Shown: piece by piece, positions 45,405 to 59,825 of the stretch
Position numbering within the stretch: the stretch's first letter is position 1
Layout: each line of letters starts with the position of its first letter
Position numbers and translations under genes: made by a program
Source: the human T2T-CHM13v2.0 reference genome, Homo sapiens
Reading direction: 5' to 3' (one strand)
NCBI RefSeq assembly: GCF_009914755.1
Contig: NC_060928.1
DNA: 64,000 nucleotides
The notes under the pieces: model-generated
Seen by the model: the letters and a program-made list of their open reading frames with translations, nothing else
Databases searched by the model: none
What the model was told of the DNA's origin: nothing

Positions 45405-46070
45405 TGTTCAGGAAATGAGGTATTGAGTCGGTCAATTAAGGTAACATGCCAAAGTGAAAGTAACAATCCAGTCTTTATTTGCTTATTGTGACAGTGCAAG
45501 CAAGGAGCAAATGAGGGAGGCACCAACTCCCATTGTTACATTTTTTTTCCCCAATGGAATTGCACTGTGTGAAGATCTGGTGGATTCAGCACAAACAGGG
45601 AAAATTGCTTTACTGTGAAAAAGTCCTGAACAGAAGGCCTTTTAGTGGACCTGTGGGGCAGAGGGAGAAAGTTAGGAAAGAGCTAGGAGTAGAAAAATAC
45701 CAAGTAAAGAGGAAGAAAAGTACAAGACTCTGATAAAGGGTTTTTGGCAGAGGCACCTGAGAAGTGCTTTAGCAAAGGCCTTAGATATGAGGGCCTCTGA
45801 AACATGGTGCCTGAGTTAACAAGGCAAATATGTGTCTGAGCATGGTTTGCCAAGACAGAGAAAGAGTACCTGAGCCCTTTACTGCAAATGTTTCCAATAA
45901 ACATATAATGCATACCCAAACACCAAGTTTGGTGTGGGGACGACAGCTTCCACCAATGAGGCCAGACAGACAAAGCCTTGCCATTACCTATGGTCAAGCC
46001 TGATAAACCACACATAAGATTTTACCCTAAAGCAAGACTCCTCAGCCCACTGACTGACCTTGCTTACACC
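45405..46070 (-). mobile_element. Probable ERV solo LTR, family not identified
   Basis: Higher-GC block starting TG that interrupts an L2; antisense AATAAA at ~45474. Confidence 0.4.
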
Positions 46071-46112
46071 CCACTCTCTGTAGTTCATTTTCCCAAAAGT
46101 GGCAAGGCAGAA

Positions 46113-46294
46113 TTTTTATTTTTATTTAATTTTTTATTTTTATTTTTGAGATGGAGTCCCTCTCTGTTGCTCAAGCTGGAGAGCAGTGGCATGATCTTGG
46201 CTCACTGCAACATCAGCCTCCCAGGTTCAAGCGATTCTCCTGCCTCAGCCTCCTGAGTAACTGGGATTACAGCTGCGTGCCACCATGCCCAGCC
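46113..46294 (-). mobile_element. Alu right monomer (truncated AluS or FRAM)
   Basis: T-rich tail plus gagatggagtc...gccaccatgcccagc. Confidence 0.9.
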
Positions 46295-46339
46295 AGTAAT
46301 TTTTAAATGTAATTATATCATAACACAAATTCCTTACTA

Positions 46340-46776
46340 TATATACAGGTTCTACATAATAAGGCCCTTGCCTATCTCTCTGACTTCATTACCCCACTCT
46401 AGCCACAGTGGCCTTTATCCTACAAGCATGCCAGGCTCATAGCTATCTAAACATCTTTATACCTTTCTGCTCAGAAAAATATTTTCTCATAGTTTTCTTA
46501 ATTATTCATATCTTTGATCAAATATTATCTTATCAAAGCAGTATTCTATGACTACGTGAAATAGTGTATCTAGTTCCTATTTTTATTGCTTTAATTTTAT
46601 TCTTTAAACATATAATCTGGTATCATATTACATATTTGTCTGCTAAATTTTATTGTCTGTTTCATGAGAATATTGATTTTTATGAAGGCTAAAACTTTGC
46701 TGAATATTCATTGACTAAAACAGTGCCTCATACATAGCCTATGGTTAATAAATGTTAGCTAGATAAGTCAATAAAT
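46340..46776 (+). mobile_element. L2 3' end
   Basis: ggcccttgcctatctctctgacttcat...aacagtgcctcatacatag...aataaatgttagctagat. Confidence 0.7.
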
Positions 46777-49259
46777 TGAGAAATATAGGTTCAGTTATGT
46801 TATTCTATTTCTTAAAGTCAGGAAATTAATGCATAACAGTTTGCTCTCAAAATTTTAAATAAGAACAAGAGTAATTGGAAAGGAACATAGTGAAACTATA
46901 TGATGGTATAGAAATTTAAGAATCTCCTAAGATTGATACCTACACCATTCATTTGGTTAATATGCTTATGCTATCAACATAATGTATTCCAAAAATAAGA
47001 GTTTTCATCAAAAAATCACCATCCTAGGCCAGTTATGTTAAGCTTGACACTTTTAGTATTACCTCTTCTCTAGGTTCTTAGGTACAGTTTGCAATTTCAG
47101 AAATGATCTTTATTTTAGTCCTTCCAAATGTAATTATAGGCCCTACAATCACTGTCACCCTTGCTTCCATGGTAAGGGTACACACAAGTAGACATGACAA
47201 TCACAGGGTGGTTAAGCCATCCAGTGATTAGTCGTCATTTTATTGTATGTGGATGTATGTATTTGTACACATGTATGTTTTCTGGAAGAGGAACAGAAGT
47301 GATTATAAAAAAACATGGCAAGTGATAAAATTTAGTAAGTAATATTCACAGAAAACAACTCAGTCCCTATGAATATAATACACTCAATGAAGATTTTTAA
47401 AAATATTTCTATAATCAGTGTTTATGATTGTAAATAATCAAAATGGTATAAAGATTAATTTCACAAAAAGTTTACACTGGAGATTTACATGAACCTTATT
47501 TAGTTCCAAAGTATTTGATGCAAGGTGTTATCAAAATTAACAAAAAATTGATCTGTAAAATAATAATGTAAAACAAGATGATCAGTCATATTTTTTCATA
47601 ACCTCAGCAAAGAAAACAAGTTCTGAAGTAAATCTAAATAGCTTAATACTGCAAAGGATATAATATTCTGCCAAAAACTCATAGTAAAATTTATGGTGGA
47701 ACAGGTTTTGTGAAATCATTAAATGCTATTTATTCTGTGTGATGATGTTATTTTATTGATTTATTGTGTGTAAAATGATTCCTTATGCTAATTTAAATGG
47801 GTAGAAAGCTCTGTCATGGAGTCCTTATGCATATGTGCATGAATATTCCCTTAAGTTATGCTTGGGTGTTTTCCAATCTTATCAAAGAGTAAAAAATGAA
47901 CTTTGGGTGAAATTGGAATTGCTACAAAATACTGACTCCATCAGATATGAACATTTTTACCAATACATTGAGTAATATGAAAGATAAATTTGTCAACCTA
48001 AAAATGCAAGCCCATTCACAAAAATAAGGGAACACACAATGAATGTTTGGCATTATATAGATAACATATTATGGGATCCAGGAAACATAAGTTGGCATTT
48101 GAATGTTGATGTTTCTAAATTTTTCAGCAGCTTTGTAGTTTGAACATGTAGTTTGGTGTGATACTAAGTCACAAGATATAAGAAATATGTTATAGCTATA
48201 TGGTAAATAAAGAGGAAGAAAACTTGGATTGTTGAAATTGTGAAGAACACTTTATGAAGCTCTTGTATGAGAGTAAGATGATTAGATTCTTAGTGATGTA
48301 AAGATGAACTAAATAGCATAAAACATAAGCAACTTTAGACTGCCATGTTGCTTCAGTATTTCATGCTACTTAGTATACATCACATTATTTTATCATTTTT
48401 AATAAAGTATTATTGTTTATACTTTTCAATAAAATTAGATTTAAGAATATCTTCTATTTCTTATAATTCACACTGAGCTTACTAAGAACCTTATAATGTT
48501 CAGTGATAGTATTTTTATAAAGGGAAATGTGGTTCACAGAGAAGACATAATTGAATATGCCAAACATTTTGTATATTTTATCCATAAAATATAATGTTAA
48601 AATCAGATATTTTCACTAAAAGTATAAAAATATGTGATTATATTAGACAAATTCTGCAGAAAAATAGCAGTAATATGGATTTATAAAATGATATGGGAAA
48701 CTTTAATATGGTTCATTAAAACAGACCAAAAATAACTTTTCTGTCTGCGATATAATTTAGTGTCTACCTAATACATATAAGTTATAAACATTTCTTTAAT
48801 ATGAAGATATACAATCTTCTACATTTTTATAATGCCCCTTTATTGTAAAATAATTTAAATATGCCAATAAAGAGAATATGCTAGTCTCCATATAAATATT
48901 TACAACTTTACTTAATGTATTAGTATAATGTTTTAAAACAGTTTAACCATTACAGTGTTTTGCATTAAATTATATGGTTAGTTATTCCATAGATTTTTTT
49001 GTGTGTGTCAGTAAAATTAACTAGGTTATATATGATAGAGACTTAATAGGTGTTATAGATTCCTGTACTACATCTTTGAAATGACATTAATTATAAAATA
49101 CAAATTCAAAAAAATATAACAGCTAAAATAAATATTTTATTTCACTATGAATTCTAAGAAATAATTAAAAGATAAGAATGAATTAGAATTGGCTTGAAGC
49201 ATAATACCACATCCCAGTATGTTTATAGACATGCTGTATACCATGCTTCATGTTTGCCA

Positions 49260-49900
49260 TTTTTCCAAAAGTGGTAGATGTCAGTGCAGGAACAGACAAC
49301 ATTGGCAGCAAAAAAGTGATACTGCATACTAATGACTGTCCACTTTCACTCTCAACTTTGGCAGTACTTCAGAAAATAGAACACTTATTTACCATATGAC
49401 TTAGCAATTGTATTACTAAATAGTTGAAAGAAAACATGTCTCCACAAAAGCTTTGACACGTGCACAGCAATTTTATTAATGACAGCCCCAAATTGAAAAC
49501 AATCTAAATACCTATTGACAGAATATTTGGACAAATAATTTGTGTTGTAATCATATACTAAATAAATTTCATCTTAAAAAGGAAATAAGTACTAATGTTC
49601 ACAACATAGAAGAACCCCAGAGGCATCATGCTAAGAGAAATAAACCTTATACAATTATTTAGTGTATGATTCTATTTATTCAAAACTCTAAAAATAAAAT
49701 ATATAGTCTATAGTGACAAAAAGATTGTTAGTTGAGTGTACTTAGAAGCAGAATGAGAGAAATGAACTAATCAGTAATAAAACAAAAATTTTTAGATTGA
49801 TGGAAATATTCTATATGTTGTTTGTGTCACCAATAACATAGGTGTATAACTTTGCAAAACTCCTTAAATTGCATACTTAAACAAGAAAAATTTTATTTAA
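49260..49900 (+). mobile_element. Old L1 (L1ME/MC) 3' fragment
   Basis: ttaccatatgacttagcaatt, agccccaaattgaaaacaatctaaat, tgtatgattctatttat. Confidence 0.7.
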
Positions 49901-50099
49901 TTGGATGAACTGCAGAACAAAGTAGACAAATCTTAGAAATAAACTTGTGACTAAAACAGAGCAGGTAAATAGCCAGAAAACAGAACACAGGAAAATGTAA
50001 TATAAAAAAACAGGAAAATAAATCAAGGTATAATAGGTAGATTCTGAAATTACAAAAGATATCTAAGAGAGAGAATTAAGAGATATACAGTATTTTTAA

Positions 50100-50890
50100 G
50101 TTACATATTATTATCCTACGCTTTTATTGGCTAACCTATAGAATATACGATGTTTGCTTGGCTTATTAATTTACATCAAATTTACTCTTGTCTGAAAAAT
50201 TGCTGGTGACAAATTCTATCAGATATTTTTCTTTATAGGTATATATCTTTACATTTGAATGATATTTATGATGAGTTTTGAAATCTGGATTGGTTTTCCT
50301 TTTGAAAACTTAATTGTGCCATTTTATTGTTTTCTATTTTTTATAATTCCTGTTAACTCATAAGTTGCTCCTTCTCAAGTCTTACCACCATTCCTTACCC
50401 CAGTTACTCAATGACTGTTTATAAACTTTTATTTTTGTCTCCAATTTTTAGCAGTTGTGTCTTCAGTTTGTTTCCATTCCGCTTGGTGTTGATAAAACTT
50501 CTTAAATATGTGGTTGGAAGATTTTAATTCATCATAAAATTCTCCATCATTATTTTTGAATTATGTTTTTGTCCCAATCTGTCTCGTCTCTTACTATAAC
50601 TCTAAATAAATGTATCACAGTTGTCTAATGTTCCCTATGCTGGTTCTTATATTTTTATCTTTTTTCTCCTTTTCTCTGTACTTAAGTGTAAATATTTCTG
50701 TATTGAATTGTCTTCCAGTTTTATAAATCTCTATTCTGATGTATCTAATTCACTACTACACCCAGTTTTTAAATTCTTAATCTTAGTTATATTACATTGA
50801 TTTTTTTTTAGAACTCCTACTTAACCTCTTTCATAGGATTTTAGTTCTCTACTAAAATTTTTCATCTTCTGTTATTTGCTGCTATGGTTC
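50100..50890 (-). mobile_element. Old L1M ORF1-region fragment
   Basis: tgctggtgacaaattct, attgaattgtcttccagtt. Confidence 0.5.
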
Positions 50891-51088
50891 CATTCAAGTC
50901 CTACCTATGGTACTTTTTTCTTAATGCCTTTAAATAATGGTTTTGTATTAATGCATGTTATGCAAATTTTATAGTTGTTTTCTTTGGAAGACTTAGTCCA
51001 ATACATGTAACTCCATCATGATTGGACATGAGTACATACATTTTAAGCCAATTTTAAAAATTTATAATTCAAAAGCATGTTTTACCAT

Positions 51089-51381
51089 TGTTAAAAATAC
51101 ATGTATATTCGGTTATTAAGGCTGAGATGGCCTAAAGAGTAAAATAAAACTAGAGACTTTACCACTCACAAGCTTCCAATTAAACCCTAACTAGATATTT
51201 TCTACGCTAAGCAAACATGTTTTATTTATCTTGCTTCCATGAAAACCTTATAAAAGTCTGTCTCTTGCCACCTTCTTCCCCAGCAAAGTGCTAAACCACT
51301 TGCAGTCTGATGTTGCCCAATTTATGAATCACTGAATACTGAAATAAACTCCCCAAAATGTAAATATGTCTCAGTTTAACA
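51089..51381 (+). mobile_element. ERV1-class LTR remnant (MER34/MER57-like)
   Basis: tgttaaa...tttaaca ends, TATA-like ttataaaa, aataaa near the 3' end; flanks ccat/acat. Confidence 0.55.
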
Positions 51382-51417
51382 ACATTGTCCAAAAAATGAA
51401 AAAAAAATGGTTAAATA

Positions 51418-51473
51418 TGTATGTGTGTGTGTGTGTGTATGTGTGCATGTTTGTGTGTGCATGCATGCATGTG
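51418..51473. repeat. Imperfect (TG)n/(TGCA)n microsatellite
   Basis: Read directly. Confidence 0.9.
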
Positions 51474-53872
51474 AGGTCTCTACACTACAATGGGCAATGT
51501 TGTTAAATTCCATTTTTCAACTTTGGGAACAGATAGAAATTTCCTGAAGTTCATGCACTATTAAAGTGCTACTAAAGTCTAGGCTTGGTATTAGAATGCA
51601 AGTCTCAATATATTGCAGATATTAATAAAAATCAATGGAAGGTCCCCAAGATGACCAACGAGAAGCTGCTAGTGGCTCTCATAGAGAGGAACGAAAGGAG
51701 CGAGTCAATATAGAACCTTCAACAGCGAGTCAATATAGCACCTTCAATGGAAATTAGTCCCAATATAGTAGTCATTGGGACTAATCAAGGAAGCAATTCA
51801 ACCCATGGAGAATGAAGAAAATCAGGATAACGACCCACTTGGGAGCAGCATGGAACCAGGGGAACCTCCCCCACCCAGAGAAGCAGTGAGTGAATGTGCA
51901 ACTTCAGGAATCCATGCTTCTCCCATGGATCCTTGCAACCCTAGGATCAGGAGATCCCCTTGTGAACCCATTCCACCAGGGCTTTCAGTCTGACACACAC
52001 AGCTACCTGCAGTCTCAGCAGAGCAGCTGCTCAGGCACACACACATACACAGAGACTGGGCAGCCTCAGACACTCAGTTTTTTGGGGATTTCCAGCAAAA
52101 GTACCTGCAAAATCTGGCAAAGTGGGAAGTTAGACCTCCATACATAACCCTACGAAAAGGGCTAAAACCAGGGGACTGAGCAGCGACAGTCTGCAGGCCC
52201 TGATTCCATGGCACCTCACAAGATAAAACCCACTGGTTTGAAATTCAGCCAGCCTCGAGTAGCATCATTGCACCTCCCTGAGTTGGAGTTCCCTGGGGGA
52301 GGGGGTAAGCCACTGTATTTGCTGTTTGGCTGACTTAGCTGTCTCAGCCTTCAAACGTTGGAGAGTCTAAGCTGACCTGGGGCTAGAGTGGGCCCTATCC
52401 TAGCACAGCTGCTGTATGAAAAAGTCACCAGACTGCTTTTTAAAGCATGTTCCCAATCTTATTTCTCCTCCTGGGTGAAACCTCCCAAGTAGAGTCTCCA
52501 GCTACCCTCACCGGTGGTCTCTAGCCAACAGAGGTTTCAAACCACCCTGGGATGGAAGTCCCAGAGAAAGGGGCAGGCTGCTATCTTTGCTGTTTGGGGG
52601 ACTTAGCCATTCTGGCCTTTGGGCATTGGAGTGTCCAAGGTGACCAGGGGCTGAAGTGAACCCTCAGCACAGCACAACTGCTCTATGAGAACACAGCTAC
52701 AGTGCTTTTTAAAGCAGGTCCCTGATCCTGTTTCTCCTCACTGGGTGGGATCACCTAACCTGACCTAACTGGGTGGGGTCTTCAACCACCTTCGACAGGT
52801 GTGTTTAGTCTGGCAACAGGTTCATACCTTGCTGGGATGGAGCTCCCAAAAGGAGGGGCAGGCTGCCATTTTTACTATTTCAAAGTCTTCACTGTTGATA
52901 TCTCTAGGTACTTGAAAATCTGAAGTGATTAGGTACTGGAGCAGGCCCCCAGCATACCACAGCAGCCCTGTGGAAAATTGGTCAGACTGTTATGTGGGTT
53001 CCTGTTCCTACATATTCTCACTGGGCAGGTCCTCCAGGCCTGGGCCTCCAGTCATTCCTTGTCAGAGCTATTGAGCCAGTAGCAGCTCTGCAGCTCCCAG
53101 GACAGAGCCCCTAGAGGCAACTAAAAGCTTCTCTGCCACTGCAATTGCAGTGGGACTGCATTTGCTACCCTCGGAGTAACAAAGCAGCAAAGACTCTAAG
53201 TGCTTTATCCATACCCCCAACTAGCTGCAGTGGACCCAAGGAGAGAAGGCCAGTCTGTCTCTAATGGGTCCTACCCCTCCCCCTGCCCACCATCCTGATC
53301 ATCACTACACATGGAACTCCTGGCTTGGGCCCACACAGACCTTCTCTTCTGGACTGCACTGAGAAATTGCTGACTTGCATTTCTCTGAGGTAGAGCCCCC
53401 AAGAAACAAGCAAGAGACCATTGCCCACAACCACTACTAAGGTCCCTGCCTCTGCTGCCTCCAAGTTGAGAAGGAAACATAAACACTGAGATTGCCCCAG
53501 AGCTGCAATGGGCAGCCAAGGAGTGCCAAGCTGCGATATACAGCCAGAACTCAACGGGGAGGGCGGCTCACACTTTCAGAGCATTGAGCGAGAACCTGGC
53601 TGCAACTGTTAGAAAACATAAGAGAGCTCCACAGCCAAGCAAGAGTCTACCAACTGACTAATGTGCCTAAGCGCCACCTAGTGGATCAGACCCCAAAGCT
53701 TCTCAACACCAAAAATATCTCATTAATATACCCCCTTCTGAAACCAAAGACAAGAATTCAGCTTCAAATAAAGACCCTGCACAAAACCTTGGCCCTGTGA
53801 AAACATTCAGAAAAGAAGTATATTGTCTGTACTCAGTCTAAACTGCAGTTAAAGGAACACTCACATGAAGAG

Positions 53873-54895
53873 ATGAGAAAGAACCAACACAAAACTTTGG
53901 TAACTCAAATGGCCATAGTGTCATATGTCCTCCAAATGACCATGCCAGTTCTCCAACAAGAGTTCTGAGCCAAGCTGAGCTGTCTGAAGTGACAGAAATA
54001 GAATTCAAACTATGAATTGGAGCAAAGATGATCAAGATTCAAGATAATGGCAAAACGTAATCCAAGGAAACTAAGAATCACAATGCAATAATACAGGAGT
54101 TAAAGGATGAAACAGCTGGTATAAAAAAGAACCTAGCATATCTGACAGAGTTGAATAACACAAGAATTTCACAATTCAAAAACAAGTATTAACAGCAAAA
54201 TAAACCAAGCTGAGGAAAGAATACCAGAACTTGAAGACTGGCTCTCTGAAATATGACAGTCAGACAAAAACAAAGAAAAAAGAATGAAAATAAATGAACA
54301 AAATTTATTAAAAGTATGGGACTATGAAAAGAGGCCAAATAAACAAATAACTGGCATCCCTGAAAGGGTCGGGGAGGGTAGAAAGCACACAACTTGGAAA
54401 ACATATTTTAGGATGTCGTCCATGAAAGATTTCCCAACCTTTCTAGAGATGCCAACAGTCAACTTTGGAAAATGTAGAGAACTTTTGCAAGATTCTACAT
54501 AAGAAGTTCATCCACAAGACACATATTTGTCAGATGTTCCAAGGTTAAATGAAAGAAAGAATGTTAAAGGTAGCTAGAGAGAAAGGTCAGGTCACCTACA
54601 AGGGGAGCCGCATCAGGTTAACAGCAGATCTCTCTGCTGAAACCTCACAAGCTAGAAGCGAGAAGAGATCAGGGTTCTGCATTCAACATTCTTAAAAGAA
54701 AAAATCTTCAACAAAAAATTTTATATCCAGTCAAACTAAGCTTCCTAAGCAAAGGAGAAATAAGATCCTTTTCAGATAAGCAAATGTTGAGGGAGTTTGT
54801 TACCACCAGACCTGACTTAGAAGAGATTTTGAAAGGTGCACTAAATATGGAGAGGACAGACTGCTAATAGATGGTAAAGAAACACAGTTAAATAC
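53873..54895 (+). pseudogene. ORF1: L1 ORF1p pseudogene
   Basis: ATG AGA AAG AAC start; fragment NEQNLLKVWDYEKRPN; heavily disrupted. Confidence 0.85.
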
Positions 54896-55972
54896 ACAGA
54901 CCAATGACACAATAAAGCAACCACACAAAGAAGACAGCAAAATAACCAGCTAACAACACAATGACAGGATCAAATCCACACATATCAATACTAACCTTGA
55001 ATGTATATGGGCTAAATGTACCACTTTAAAGGCACACAGTGGCAGCCTGGATAAAATGCAAGACCCAATGGTAAGCTGTCTTCCAGAGACCCATTTCACA
55101 CATAATGACACCTATAGGCTAAAACTAAAGGGACGGAGAAAAATCCACCAAGCAAATGAAAACAGAAAAAAAGCAGAGGCTGCCATCCTAATTTCAGACA
55201 AAACAGATTTCAAATCAACAGAGATTAAAAAAAAAAAAGACAAAGGAAGGGAGATGCATAATGGTAAGGGAATAAATTCAACAGGAAGAACTAACTATCC
55301 TAAATATATATGTACTCAGCACGAAAGCACCCAGATTGATTAAAAAAGTTCTTACAGACCCACAAAGAGACATAGACTTCCATACAATAATGGTGGGAGA
55401 CTTCAACACTCCACTGACAGACAGTATTAGATAGATCATTGAGACTGAAAATTAACAAAGATATTCTGGACCTGAACTCAACATTGAACCAAATGGATCT
55501 GATAGACCTCTCCAGAACTCTCAACCCAAAACTAACAAAATATATGTTCTTCTCATCGCAACATGACACATACTTTCAAATCGACCACATAATTGAACAT
55601 AATACATTTCTCAGCAAATGCAAAAGAACCTAAATCATGCCAAACACACTCAGACCACAGCACAGTAAAAATAGAGGTCAAGACTAAGAAAATCATTCAA
55701 AACCATGCAATTACATGGAAATTAAACATCATACTCCTGAATGACTTTTGGTGAATAATAAAATTAAGGCAGAAATGAAGAAGTTATTTGAAACTAATGA
55801 GAATAAAGATACAACATGTAGAAGTTATTAGAAGCTAATGAGAACAAGGGATACAACAACAATCTTGTTCACAGCTAAGGGAACGTTAATAAGAAACTTT
55901 ATGGCACTAAATGCCCACATCAAAAACTTAGAAAAATCTCCAATTAACAACTTAACATCACAACTGAAATAA

Positions 55973-56101
<129 letters not shown>

Positions 56102-56847
56102 TGAAAAACTTAATAAGATAGACTGCTAGCAGACAAAAAAAGAAGAAAAGAGAGAATATCCAAATAAACATAATTAGAAATACCAAAGAGAATGTTACTA
56201 CCGACGCCAGAGAAATAAAAAATAATAATCAAAAACAAATAGAAATACCTCTTACACACAAACTAGAAGACCAAAATAGTAGAATAAGTTCCTGGAAACA
56301 CAGCCTCCCAAGACTGAACCAGGAATAAATCAATAACCTGAACAGACCAATAATGAGCTCTGAAATTAAATCAGTAAAAGTCTACTAAAAAAAAAAGAAA
56401 AAAAGAAGGAAAAAGCCCAGGACCTGATGGATTCAGAGATGAATTTTACCAGATGTACAAAGAAGAGCTGTTACCATTCTTACTAAAGCTACTCCAAAAA
56501 ATTGAGAAGGAGAGATCCATTCCCAACTCATCCTATGAGGCCAGCATCATCCTGATACCACACCTGGCAGAGACACAACAGAAAAAAGAAAACTTCATGC
56601 CAATATCCTTGATGAACATCAGTGCAAAAATCATCAACAAAATACTTTCAAACTGAACCCTGCATCACATTAAAAAGCTAATCTACTACAATCAAGCAGG
56701 CTTCATCCCCAGAATGAAAGGTTGGTTCAACATACTCAGATCAATATATGTGATTCATCACATAAGTATAACTAAAGACAAAAATGACATGATTATTTCA
56801 ATAGATGCAGAAAAGGCTTTTCATTAAATTCAACACCTTTCATATTA

Positions 56848-57150
<303 letters not shown>

Positions 57151-57845
57151 CTCTCAATAAACTAGTTATTAAAGAAACACACCTCAAAATAATAAGAGCC
57201 ATCTATGATAAACCCACAGCCAACAGCATACTGAATGGAGAAAACCAGAAAGCATTCCTCTGAAAACTGGCACAAGACAAGGATGCTGTCTCTCACCACT
57301 CCTATTTAAGATGGTATGAAAGTTGTAGTCAGAGCAATCAGGCTAACAAAAGAAGTAAAGGGCATCAAAATAAAAAGAGAGGAAGTCAAACTATCCCTGT
57401 TTTCAGACAACATGATTCTATATGTAGAAAACCTCATAGTCTCTTCCTCAAAGCTCCTTCACCTGACAAATAACTTCAGCAATGTTTTATGATACAAAAT
57501 CAGTGTACAAAAATAACTTGCATTCTTATACACCAATAACAGCCAAGCCAAGAGCCAAATCAGGAAGTCAACCTCATTCACAATTGCCTCAAAAAGAGTA
57601 AAATACCTAGGAATAAAGCTAACCAGGAAAGTGAAAGATCTCTTTGATAAAAATTACAAGCACTGCTCAAAGATATCAGAAAAACAAATGGAAAGACATC
57701 CCATGCTCATGGACAAGAAGAATCAATATCATTAAAATGGCCATACTGCCCAAAGCAATTTACAGACTCAATGCTCTTCCTACCAAATTACCAATAATAT
57801 TCTTCACAGAACTAGAAAAACTATTTTAAAATTTATATGGAACCA

Positions 57846-58140
57846 GGCCAGGCGCGGTGGCTCATCCCTGTAATCCCAGCACTTTGGGAGGCCGAGGTGG
57901 GCAGATCACGAGGTCAGGAGATTAAGACCATCCTGGCTAACACAGTGATACCCCGTCTCTACTAAAAATACAAAAAATTAGCCAGGTGTAGTGGCAGGCG
58001 CCTGTAGTCCCAGCTACTCAGGAGGCTGAGGCAGGAGAATGGCATGAACCCAGGAGGTGGAGCTTGTAGTGAGCCGAGATCACACCACTGCACTGCAGCC
58101 TGGGTGACAATGCGAGACTCCGTCTCAAAAAAAAAAAAAA
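57846..58140 (+). mobile_element. Full-length AluY-like
   Basis: Both monomers, A14 tail; TSD ttatatggaacca at 57833-57845 and 58141-58153. Confidence 0.95.
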
Positions 58141-58872
58141 TTATATGGAACCAAAAAAGAGACAAAATAGCCAAGGCAATTCTTAGCAAAAATAACAAAG
58201 CTTGAGGCATCATGTTACCTGAATTTAAACTTTACTATAGGGCTATAGTAACCAAAACAGCATGGTACTAGTACAAAAAAAAAAAAAAAAAGCACATGGA
58301 CCAATGGAACAGGACAGAGAGCCCAACAGTAAGGTCCCACATCTGTGACCATCTGATCTTTGACAAAGCTGACAAAAAAGAGCAATGGGGAAAAGACTCC
58401 ATATTTAATAAACGGTTCTGTGATAACTGGCTGGCCATATGCAGAAGACTGAAGCTGGTCCCCTTCATTATACCCTATTAAAAATAAACTCAAGATGCAT
58501 TAAAGACTTAAATGCAAAACCCAGAACTAAAAAAAACTCTGGATAACAACCTAGGGAATATCATCCTAGACATAGAAACAAGCAAATATTTCATGACAAA
58601 GACACCAAAAGCAATTGCAACAAAATCAAAAATTGACAGTTGAAACCTAATTAAACTTGAGCTTCTGCAGAGCAAAAGAAACTATCAACAGAGTAAACAG
58701 ACAACCTACAGAATGGAAGATACGTTTTGCAAACTGTGGCTCTGAAAATTGTGCTAATATCCAGCATCTATAAGGGACTTAAGCAAATTTACAAGAGAAA
58801 AACAAACAACCCCATTAAAAAGTGAGCAAAGCACATAAACAGACAATTTTCAAAAGAAGACATACATGTAGC

Positions 58873-58933
58873 TGCCAATGCTTGGGGCTTGCACCCCCTG
58901 CAGCAACAGCCTGCACTGTACATTGGCACCTTT
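58873..58933 (-). mobile_element. THE1/MST internal fragment
   Basis: tgccaatgcttggggcttgcacccc...ctgtacattggcacctt matches MaLR internal sequence in antisense. Confidence 0.8.
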
Positions 58934-59450
58934 GTTTCCATCACACTACATCAGGGATAATATAACATCACAGTAGGCACTTCATAAGTGGGCATAACGG
59001 TTAAAAGCCTGTGCTCTAGAGAGGTATAGTACAGAGGTGGGAACAGGTAAGTTTAGAGTCAGTGTGCCCTGTAGATCCTTGACCTGAGACTCAGAATACT
59101 TGTGGCTGAGAAGCAGTTGACAGAGAAGAGAGAGAAACATTGTATGCTGATGTGTGGAATAAGTCTACTGTAGCCCAGAGGATTTATAATTCAATTTTTA
59201 ATTTTGAGCATGACTCAAGGATGTGGTTTGATGTGTGGCCAGTTGTATTCTACTTGCTACGGATCTTGCCCTATTTTATAAAATCTGTGTTCCCAAAGAT
59301 CCTTCTTTTGCTCTATTGTGTGGGTTTGCAACCTTACAGGGTTTTTCTTAGATGGGTGTATACAGACCTCTCTTGGGCTCTTAACTCTATTCTGATGAAC
59401 ACATTTCAGTGTTTTCACGTTTCAAAATCCCTACTCCTGTTACCATTTAG

Positions 59451-59825
59451 TGTATTAGTTTGTCCTCACACTGTTATGAAGAAATACCTGAGACTGGGTA
59501 ATTTATAAAGAAAAAAGTTTTAATTGACTGACCATTCCACATGGCTGGGGAGGCCTCAGGTAACTTATAATCCTGGCACAAGGCATCTATTCACAGGGCG
59601 GCAGAAGAGAGAATGAGTGCCAGCAGGGGAAATTTCAGGGGCTTATAAAATCATCAGATTCCACTGATCAGAACTCACTCACTATCACAGAGAACAGCAT
59701 GGGGAAACCACACCCAATTTGTGGGATTCAAGTACCTCCCACCAAGTATCTCCCATGACCCATGGGGATAATGAGGATTACAACTCAAGATGAGATTTGG
59801 GTGAAAACACAGTCAAACCATATCA
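59451..59825 (-). mobile_element. THE1/MST (ERVL-MaLR) LTR
   Basis: tgtattagt...gagactgggtaatttataaag...aaaccatatca; minus strand runs TGATATGG...TAATACA. Confidence 0.93.

Noticed and set aside
59140-59508. 122-aa ORF across the captured block
   Set aside because: Begins at a TTG codon, runs into the LTR and has no recognisable protein features
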